Positions 9,603 through 17,265 of a stretch of 32,000 bases of DNA are shown in pieces. The notes below the pieces were generated by a model, which had not been told where the DNA came from, did not search any database, and worked only from the letters and a program-made list of their open reading frames with translations. The stretch is from positions 30,001-62,000 of the forward strand of contig NC_009925.1 of NCBI RefSeq assembly GCF_000018105.1, in the 5' to 3' direction. The stretch is from Acaryochloris marina MBIC11017. Its GTDB lineage: Bacteria; Cyanobacteriota; Cyanobacteriia; Thermosynechococcales; Thermosynechococcaceae. A program made the position numbers and the translations under genes. Within the stretch, counting starts at the first letter, position 1. Each line of letters opens with the position of its first letter.

Positions 9603-10805
9603 CTAAGACTGATTGGGGCGAATCAAGACAACAGGGGTTTGCTCATCAGCATTACCCGCAGGATTACTCCGAAGTGCTTCTTCAATCAACGGCAGCGGGG
9701 CACCTTGGGTCGCAGAGAGAATCTTTACTCTCTTGAGATCATTCACATCGACAATCGCTGCGGCTAAACCAGTTTCTGCCTGAATTTGGTCAACCACTTT
9801 TTGCGGATCGTCTGGACCTAACACAATAAATTGATCAAAGGGCGGCAGGGTACCCGTCACATCATCGATCAGTCGGGCCTGTTCCCCAGCCAGGCGATAA
9901 AAGACCCCTGCTTGTCCGAATACTTTTGCGATCGCACCCACCACAAATGCTAAGAAGACTCGCACTGGCCCCTCAATATTGACCAGGGTTTGCATACCGC
10001 AGGCCGTAGCCAAACTCGATGTCGGTAAAAAGAAATAAACTAATCGCTGGGCCACCCAGCCAGGTTTAATCGTACTGGGATGGAAAATGCGGCCTTGCAT
10101 AATCGCTACAGGAGTTTCGCCGATGGTGACAATATCACCTGGCTGGGCGTGGGGACTGACATAACGGCGGACAATGTCAGGGCAGGTATCCAGTTGAGTC
10201 AGCAGATGGGTGGGAACAGGTAAGACTTGCCCCCCTGCAACCGAACGCCACTGCAACGCTTCCTGGGGGTCAGGGAAGCGAAGAGGAACCACTTCATGAT
10301 GGGTATTCTCAATACGGCCTTTTGGGCCATAGGACACGTAGTTGACCCGCACCCAAACCGCTTTGAGTTGAGTCAGGTCAGGTCCGGTGATATCTAGCTT
10401 AATTTCAGCAGAGGTTTGGTAGCGTGACTTAACAATATAAGCAAACCAATACCCATCTTCGCGGGGTTCAGCATCGGGATGCTTGGGCACCACCTTGATT
10501 TTGTAATCAATCTCGTCCAGACTCCCCTTCGATAAAAGGGTTACATCCACTGACAATTCAGGGATCATTACTTCTAACTTACGGGTGGGGTTAAAAAAGG
10601 TTTGCTCCCCTACCAGCTGATAATGCTGGGGTTCTCGACTTTCAAATTGCCAATTTCCTGGCAAGGCGTCTAAGGCATTCCCCTGGCGACGACGATGAGT
10701 CCACTCTAAGCCTCCCCAAGCGATGAGAAGGACTGCAACGATACCAATTCCAATGCTTTCGATGATCATTCCGTATATTGAATCCTTACCTTGAGACTCC
10801 TGCAA
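9603..10805 (-). CDS. Membrane-anchored protein; the C-terminal half weakly resembles the F420-0:gamma-glutamyl ligase (CofE) fold
   Basis: 400-aa ORF with an N-terminal TM helix (IIESIGIGIVAVLLIAWGG). The segment GDIVTIGETPVAIMQGR resembles the CofE-family motif. The track start is TTG, with an alternative ATG at 10769. The functional call is weak. Confidence 0.55.
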   Translation of the reverse strand: MQESQGKDSIYGMIIESIGIGIVAVLLIAWGGLEWTHRRRQGNALDALPGNWQFESREPQHYQLVGEQTFFNPTRKLEVMIPELSVDVTLLSKGSLDEIDYKIKVVPKHPDAEPREDGYWFAYIVKSRYQTSAEIKLDITGPDLTQLKAVWVRVNYVSYGPKGRIENTHHEVVPLRFPDPQEALQWRSVAGGQVLPVPTHLLTQLDTCPDIVRRYVSPHAQPGDIVTIGETPVAIMQGRIFHPSTIKPGWVAQRLVYFFLPTSSLATACGMQTLVNIEGPVRVFLAFVVGAIAKVFGQAGVFYRLAGEQARLIDDVTGTLPPFDQFIVLGPDDPQKVVDQIQAETGLAAAIVDVNDLKRVKILSATQGAPLPLIEEALRSNPAGNADEQTPVVLIRPNQS

Positions 10806-11361
10806 GACCTGGCAATTACTTGATTACTTTATTTTCACTAGAAAAAAGTATCAAACCGAGATGATCATGCCATATGGCTGACAGTTCGGCACTTATTTCA
10901 GCTAACTAGAGTTTCGATAGACCGATGGGTTTAGCACAAGAAATCAGTACCGCCGATGGACAACACCATCATTTACTGAAGTTAATACTCTCTACAGCCC
11001 ATACTTCTCAGAAATAAACTTACCTTGCAAATAGCCTCCTATCCACCTAGAAACTTCTATACTCATAGGTGAAGCATAATATGCTTCCCTGGCAGATAAA
11101 GCAGCCAAATTCAAATCCATAAAAGAGGTTAAAGAGCTGTTGATAAAAACGTCTGTCTCGTCAAATCAGAATAACACCCAATTCTGGCGTTAAACATCCT
11201 TAAATGTAGCGATGGGAGATAGGTCTCAAAGGGTAATTCCTAAACGGGCTAAAGTCTCTAAATACTCTTTATTGATGTGAGGAAGTCATTAAACGACGGA
11301 TTCTGGGTGTTATTTGCTTTTAAAGATGTTTTTTGCTGGTTTTTCAATTCTTTGCCAATGC

Positions 11362-11397
11362 TAAGCCCCAAGCTCTGCTTAGAGAACTTGGGGCTTA
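11362..11397 (-). terminator. Hairpin just downstream of the porin gene (possible terminator)
   Basis: An 11-bp perfect stem, TAAGCCCCAAG (11362-11372) paired with CTTGGGGCTTA (11387-11397), lies 22 nt past the stop at 11419. No clear U-tract follows on the minus strand. Confidence 0.3.
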
Positions 11398-11418
11398 AGG
11401 TTAGTCTAATTCTCTAGA

Positions 11419-13209
11419 TTAGAACTTAAAGGTGGTTCGAATGACTGGAATAAAGATAGGGTCATTCGAAGAAGTGTTGTTGGCATTGAAAATGACAATT
11501 AATCCAGGTGAGATCTTGATATTGTCATTGACCTTAAACTGATACTGTGCTTCAGCAGTAAAGTTGGAAGAAGTCCCATCATCAATGTTTAGATTACCAC
11601 CATCGATAATGTAAGGCTGCTGACCAAACGATAGGGAACCTCTGCCACCTTCTAGGAGCAAGTCAGGGAAGACGAGGTTAGCGGCCCAAGTCAACAATTT
11701 AATTTGAGAATTTGCAATATCAGGAGTACGGGCTAAGGTTAAACCACCCCAACCAGACACATGAAACCCGTCAACAACTCTGGCATTAAATGAAAGGCCA
11801 AAGTTATCAGTAATGGTTTCCAGTCCATTGAAAGGATCGGAAGTATCACCACCTAGAGCTAGGCCACCTGTAAGAACTGGCGCATCTCCCGTATCGGATG
11901 TGATGTCAACATTACCCGCTGTGTACTCGTTACGAGAATATTGAACACCAATACCGATATCATCGGTTGGATTAAAGCCAATCTGGGCAAACACCCCATA
12001 CGTGCCATTTTCAAAATCAAATAAACCGTTGTTAGCACCATTACCCGCTGTAGTGGCAAACTGGGCATCATCAGCTGCATAGACAACAGAGAGATTGACC
12101 TTTTCGCTGACATCATAGACAGCACTGAGGGTCGTTCCTCCTGGTCCCCGCTGCGTTAGTGGGTTGAAACGGAAAAAGCGAGATAAAGCACCACTACCAC
12201 TACTCTTCAAGAAGGGGTTAAAGGTTTCGACATCGTCCTTGTAGTCACCACCCACAATCGCAATTTTGAGCGTTAGATCCTCAGCTGGCTTAAAACGATA
12301 GTTAAGCTCGTCTAGGATGACCGTATTGCCAGCAGGGTCATTTTCATCAAAACCAAATCTGGCTAAACTTGTCCCTGCAGAACCGAATTCATCTAGTTCA
12401 GGAATATCAGCGGCTTCTAAACGTACACGAAGTCGATCAGTACCACTGAAGCTAGCATCAAAGTTCAGGCGAGTCCGGTAGCCAAGAAAGAAACGGTCTT
12501 CAACAACAACACCATTGTTTTGGGTGTTGCCAGTATCCGTATCTACCCCCAGGATGCTGTCTAAGGGATCATTATCTCCATCAAATACAAAGGCAGATCC
12601 GAAGACGACTTCACCATTAAGTTTCGCAGTCGTGGAAAATTGCTGCGCTTCGACTGTGGCCACACGAGCTTCTAAACCATCCACACGTCCGCGCAAAGTA
12701 GCCAGTTCAGCAGCGAACTCATCTTGAAGTGCTTTGAGTGCGTCCAGATCCTCTTTAGTTGCAAATCGATTGCTGAGGTTATCTAAACAAGCATTGACAA
12801 GCGCAGCTGCTTCTCGACGAGACATGGCCCGGCTGGGGCGGAAAGTGCCGTTAGGGTAACCGGCGACACAACCATAACGCTCAACTAGAGACTGAATAGC
12901 TTGAAACGCCCAATCGTCGGGCTGGACATCAGACAGCTGGGAAACAGAGGTAACCTGAGCTAAATTGTCGTCTTGAGTCTCGCTCATCAACTCTGAAACA
13001 GATGTGGTAGGTACATCAGCATCAGCTAGTACTAGGGGCTCAGAAGCCTCCACTGCCTCAGTGTCTAGTTGCTCGACTGCAGAAATTTCAGGTACAACTT
13101 CCTCAGTCAATTCTAGTGACTCGGCTGCGATCGCAGTCGTCGGCAATAAAAGAGCTAGGCCCACTAAAGCAGGGTTAATCAACCCAAGCTTACGCCAAAT
13201 CATTGACAT
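11419..13209 (-). CDS. Cyanobacterial outer-membrane porin: SLH domain, coiled coil and OprB-type beta-barrel
   Basis: It has a signal peptide. SLH motif: DVQPDDWAFQAIQSLVERYGCVAGYPNGTFRPSRAMSRREAAALVNACL. Coiled coil: LQDEFAAELATLRGRVDGLEARVATVEAQQ. The C-terminal barrel ends in TTFKF. A GGAG ribosome-binding site precedes the ATG. Confidence 0.9.
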   Translation of the reverse strand: MSMIWRKLGLINPALVGLALLLPTTAIAAESLELTEEVVPEISAVEQLDTEAVEASEPLVLADADVPTTSVSELMSETQDDNLAQVTSVSQLSDVQPDDWAFQAIQSLVERYGCVAGYPNGTFRPSRAMSRREAAALVNACLDNLSNRFATKEDLDALKALQDEFAAELATLRGRVDGLEARVATVEAQQFSTTAKLNGEVVFGSAFVFDGDNDPLDSILGVDTDTGNTQNNGVVVEDRFFLGYRTRLNFDASFSGTDRLRVRLEAADIPELDEFGSAGTSLARFGFDENDPAGNTVILDELNYRFKPAEDLTLKIAIVGGDYKDDVETFNPFLKSSGSGALSRFFRFNPLTQRGPGGTTLSAVYDVSEKVNLSVVYAADDAQFATTAGNGANNGLFDFENGTYGVFAQIGFNPTDDIGIGVQYSRNEYTAGNVDITSDTGDAPVLTGGLALGGDTSDPFNGLETITDNFGLSFNARVVDGFHVSGWGGLTLARTPDIANSQIKLLTWAANLVFPDLLLEGGRGSLSFGQQPYIIDGGNLNIDDGTSSNFTAEAQYQFKVNDNIKISPGLIVIFNANNTSSNDPIFIPVIRTTFKF

Positions 13210-14142
13210 ATAAATTATCTCCTCACACTAAATAAAAATAGCCAAATTGGCTACTTGAGATGGAAACAGGCTTCGAACAATATCTTCAGCCTGTACATAA
13301 AGGATAAGAATTTGAACACTTGAGGTTTTAGGAACTCATCGAAGATGGTTGACGGTATAATCAATCACCTTCTAGTCTTCAAAACGCTTATCCATACCTT
13401 CAACCTTGATCTTTACCAGCAATCAATACCATCAGAGAAAAGATAGAAACAACAAAGACTAGGTTAAGGAAATAACACCAAAGGTATATCTCTCCTAGAT
13501 CTTTGCTTGGGTTGGTATGTTGACAGTTTCCAAACTTACACAAGCAGTTTCAAGAACAGCAATTTACCGAACAGAACAGTCCTACATGAATTTATGCAAT
13601 TCATACTTTTTGTATTGGGCATTCAGGACTATTTTTCGATAACACTGAGTCTAAGTTACATCCGTTCTGGAGTAGGCCCAGTGGTTTGTGCTAACTGACA
13701 CATAGAAGCTGTGATCCAAAAACAATATTGATATTCATCATCAATCCTCCCACAACTAGCATCTAAGTAATCAAGGTGGCTTTTGGCCTAATTGCATAAT
13801 TAAAGCTATTAGTATCCTTAATATGCTCAAATAAGAAAAATCTATGGAGCATATCTGGATACACAGACCTAAAACAGTGTTAAACAGTTATTTCAGGTAA
13901 ACTTAGCTGTTTAAGTTTGCGAATTAGACTCATCAAATACTATCAGCTTGTTGAAACTATTTTCAATAGTGATCAAGAAATTCACTTCAATTTATCAGAA
14001 TCTCTGAGATCAGAGTCTGGTAAAGGCACAGACAGATTCCCAAGGACAGCTAAAACCCGCTATTCACCTAACCCAGAAGAGAAGCAGGAAATTTGGCCCA
14101 TTCTCTTTTAAAATTTGAGTAACTGTGAATACAGAAGGTTCT

Positions 14143-14808
14143 ATGCCCCATCCCCGACTTCAAGAATTGACCTTGAAGTTAAAAAGTGAAAACGCTAGCG
14201 ATCGTCTGTTAGCATTGGTGGCCTTAAGAAGTCTCCCCAGCGCTGAAACATTCCCGTTGATCAAACCGATGCTGTTTGACGACTATTTACCCGTTCGCTC
14301 CATGGCCATCCGTTCGTTGATCCATCACCCTTCAGCCGAATCGGTATCACTTCTGGTACAGCTATTAGACGATCCAAACTATGAAATCCGGGCAGGTGCT
14401 GCTGGAGCCCTAGGACATGTCGGTGATCATGATATTGTTCAAGCCCTGTCTAGAGTTTTCCTTGAAGATACCGAGTGGCTGGTGTGTTTTAGTGCTGCCG
14501 TTTCGTTGGGAAACCTCAAGGATCCAGGGGCCTACGCCGTGCTCCTCCATGCCCTAGACCATCCGGAAACGATTGTGCAGCAAGCTGCGATCGCAGCCCT
14601 GGGAGAAATTAAAGCCTTCGATGCCCTAGAATCCCTCCTCCCCTTTGTTCAAGCTGAAGATTGGATGATCCGTAAGAGTCTCGCTACTACCTTGGGTAAC
14701 CTTCCCGGTCCAAAAAGCATTTCAGCGCTGAAATACTTAGCCAAAGACGATAATCCTCAGGTTGCAGCCGCAGCCACTGTCGCCTTAGAGCTGATACATG
14801 AGCCGTAA
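14143..14808 (+). CDS. HEAT-repeat (PBS-lyase HEAT-like) protein
   Basis: Repeated units of the type DPNYEIRAGAAGALGHVGD, DHPETIVQQAAIAALGEI and DDNPQVAAAATVALE. The ATG at 14143 is preceded by GAAGG. The track ORF starts at GTG 14125. Confidence 0.75.
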   Translation: MPHPRLQELTLKLKSENASDRLLALVALRSLPSAETFPLIKPMLFDDYLPVRSMAIRSLIHHPSAESVSLLVQLLDDPNYEIRAGAAGALGHVGDHDIVQALSRVFLEDTEWLVCFSAAVSLGNLKDPGAYAVLLHALDHPETIVQQAAIAALGEIKAFDALESLLPFVQAEDWMIRKSLATTLGNLPGPKSISALKYLAKDDNPQVAAAATVALELIHEP

Positions 14809-15481
14809 AATTGTCATTACCGGGGTCACCCAGGGACTGGGGGAAGCCCTCGCGATTGGGTTTATTCAAGCAGGGCATACCGTATGGGGTTGCGGTCGAA
14901 CCACTGCCTCTATTAATCATCTGGCTCAGCAATATACATCCCCCCATCATTTTTCGACTGTTGATGTTGCCCAAGCCCAGCAGGTTCAAGCTTGGGCCAA
15001 CCAGCTTTTGCAAACCGATGAACCCCCCGATATCGTCATCAATAATGCAGGGGTCATCAATACCGTCGCTCCTCTATGGGAAGTGCCCGAACCAGATATT
15101 AGTGATGTATTGGATGTCAACGTCAAAGGCACCATCAACATCATTCGTAGTTTTCTCCCTAGCATGAAAACTAAAGGCCAAGGGATCATTATCAATTTCA
15201 GTTCTGGATGGGGACGGTCAACGTCCCCTGGTGTAGCCCCCTACTGCGCATCCAAATGGGCGATTGAAGGTCTAAATCAGGCTTTTGCCCAAGAAGTTCC
15301 TCCCGGCATCGCCACAATTGCATTGAACCCGGGCATCATTCATACTGAAATGCTGGAAACCTGTTTTGGTCAGCAAGCCCGCAGTTATCCCTCCCCCACC
15401 GCATGGGCACAAAAAGCCGTTCCATTTATTCTGGGCCTTTCTGAAAACGATAACGGTCAAGCCTTAACTGTCCCGCAATAA
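14798..15481 (+). CDS. Short-chain dehydrogenase/reductase (SDR) family oxidoreductase
   Basis: Cofactor motif ITGVTQGLGEALA, NNAG motif, and catalytic YCASK (YxxxK). The ATG overlaps the HEAT gene end by 11 nt. Confidence 0.85.
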   Translation: MSRKIVITGVTQGLGEALAIGFIQAGHTVWGCGRTTASINHLAQQYTSPHHFSTVDVAQAQQVQAWANQLLQTDEPPDIVINNAGVINTVAPLWEVPEPDISDVLDVNVKGTINIIRSFLPSMKTKGQGIIINFSSGWGRSTSPGVAPYCASKWAIEGLNQAFAQEVPPGIATIALNPGIIHTEMLETCFGQQARSYPSPTAWAQKAVPFILGLSENDNGQALTVPQ

Positions 15482-15529
15482 GGTTTTGGTATTAAATTCG
15501 GTTTGCAGGTATATAGAGGGAGATATTCG

Positions 15530-15799
15530 ATGGAGGAGCTAGTCCACTTAACATCAGCAGGTAACACCTATGGAGGCTGCTTATTAATATTAAAAAATGA
15601 GGGTTGTCACCTATCTTCACAAGACTTTGGTAAAGACGGATTAATTTATTGGGCTGAATACAAAGGCAACACATTTGCGGCTAATTCACCTGTTGAGTTA
15701 CTAGGTCTTTTTACTTTATGGAAAGAACTTGGGAGTAACTGGAATTATCCTAGCTTAGACATCTGGGACGAAATTGAAGAAGTAATTGAAGAATCTTAG
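15530..15799 (+). CDS. Hypothetical small protein (89 aa from the ATG)
   Basis: The ATG at 15530 is preceded by GAGGGAG. The track ORF starts at TTG 15503. I recognised no family motif. The region looks AT-rich by eye. Confidence 0.4.
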   Translation: MEELVHLTSAGNTYGGCLLILKNEGCHLSSQDFGKDGLIYWAEYKGNTFAANSPVELLGLFTLWKELGSNWNYPSLDIWDEIEEVIEES

Positions 15800-15877
15800 T
15801 CTTTTTTTGTGATATTAAAGCACTATGTCAATGAAAAATGCGATTCAAAAGCCTTTATTGTGTAGATAATAACAAAA

Positions 15878-16366
15878 ATGGCTAAAATTCCCTTAATTCT
15901 TTCAAATTTAGAGATGACTCAAAAGTTAGGGGAAATCTTAGGTCAACGTTTGCCAGCAGGTAATGTCGTACTCTTAGAAGGTGATTTGGGAACCGGTAAA
16001 ACATCCCTGATTCAGGGATTAGGGAAGGGACTCGGTATCTCTGATGCGATCGTCAGTCCTACTTTCACATTAATTAACGAGTACCACGACGGACGAGTTC
16101 CCCTATACCATCTAGACCTTTACCGCCTTACCCCTCACCAAGTGGATGAACTCTATCTCGAAACCTACTGGCAAGGAATTGAAGTGCCCCCCGGAATTGT
16201 TGCCATAGAATGGTCTGAGCGCCTTCTGCATCGACCGTCTAGCTATCTTTTTATCAAGTTAAGCCACCAAGAAGAGTCTAGACAAGCAACCTTGCAAGCG
16301 GTTGGATCTGATCAAGACTTAGACCTAGAGCAAATACCATCAGCCTTGAATTCTACTTCAGCCTAG
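15878..16366 (+). CDS. tsaE: tRNA t6A37 biosynthesis ATPase TsaE (YjeE)
   Basis: P-loop GDLGTGKTSLIQGL, followed by SPTFTLINEY and HLDLYRL, which are the hallmark TsaE motifs. Confidence 0.85.
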   Translation: MAKIPLILSNLEMTQKLGEILGQRLPAGNVVLLEGDLGTGKTSLIQGLGKGLGISDAIVSPTFTLINEYHDGRVPLYHLDLYRLTPHQVDELYLETYWQGIEVPPGIVAIEWSERLLHRPSSYLFIKLSHQEESRQATLQAVGSDQDLDLEQIPSALNSTSA

Positions 16367-16415
16367 TACTCAATGCGGAATGGGTTAGTTATATTGGGCT
16401 GAGAGAGAAAAGCCC

Positions 16416-16976
16416 TTGAACAATCTTCTTGTGCGGCTACAACACCGTATGCGCCAGCCCCATCAACGCTCCCATCGAAAACGTTTCTTACGACGCACTA
16501 AGTTTCATCGCAAGAAATTAACCTGGAAACGGCGAGGGCGATATTTATACCTGCGGTTTATCCGATTACAGGGAAGCCCAGATGCGATCGCACGGGGACT
16601 ATCCGTTGGCGCTTTTGCGGGCATGTTTCCCATTTTTGGATTTCAAATTATTTTTGGCGTTTTCCTCGCAGCCTGCGTCCGGGGAAACAAATTAACGGCA
16701 GCAGCAGCAACTTGGATTAGTAATCCTTTCACCTATTTACCGCTATTTGCCTTTAACTTCCATCTGGGTCAATGGCTTCTGCAAGCCAATGAATTTGACT
16801 TCGATCAACTCCAAAAGCTGGATTGGCAAGGACTCTTAGCATTAGGGCCTGGCTTTATTGCAACTTGGTTTACTGGGTGTTTCGTTATGGGATGTCTGGC
16901 CGCAATCATTGGCTATCTTCTGGGTCTATGGTTGATTCAACATCTAAGGAAAAAACATCGTTCTCAGCGCAGCTAA
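16416..16976 (+). CDS. DUF2062-family membrane protein
   Basis: Basic N-terminus, then GLSVGAFAGMFPIFGFQIIFGVFLAA...WISNPFTYLPLFAFNFHLG, typical of DUF2062. The start is ambiguous (TTG 16416, GTG 16431 or ATG 16449). Confidence 0.65.
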   Translation: MNNLLVRLQHRMRQPHQRSHRKRFLRRTKFHRKKLTWKRRGRYLYLRFIRLQGSPDAIARGLSVGAFAGMFPIFGFQIIFGVFLAACVRGNKLTAAAATWISNPFTYLPLFAFNFHLGQWLLQANEFDFDQLQKLDWQGLLALGPGFIATWFTGCFVMGCLAAIIGYLLGLWLIQHLRKKHRSQRS

Positions 16977-17265
16977 TCCCTTCTTTTCTTTAAATCTATG
17001 GACTATATCCAGCCAATAATAGTCACAATATTTTGAACATGAATGACTGGATTATGGATTCCAGCTATCGTAGGAAAATACTTTACTGATTGCATTTATT
17101 TTCTTTCATCATAAATAAAACTCACAATTGCGCCACTAGAGGTTACTGAATGTTGCAAAAGCCTGAGTAGATTAGAGGGATACATCATTCAGGTTTGAGA
17201 ACGAACTGAAACATTAAAAATTTGAAGATACAAAATCTGCACCTTTCAACCATGAGGTTTGCACA

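Noticed and set aside
13507-14111. Two small ORFs (13507..13698 and 13917..14111) in the 915-bp region upstream of the porin
   Set aside because: Neither has a ribosome-binding site or a recognisable motif, and the track uses non-ATG starts for them. I treat the region as non-coding or regulatory.
14687-15195. Several ORFs (14687..15013 minus, 14811..15167 plus, 14986..15195 minus) overlapping the SDR gene
   Set aside because: The SDR frame carries the TGxxxGxG, NNAG and YxxxK motifs. The overlapping frames carry nothing recognisable.
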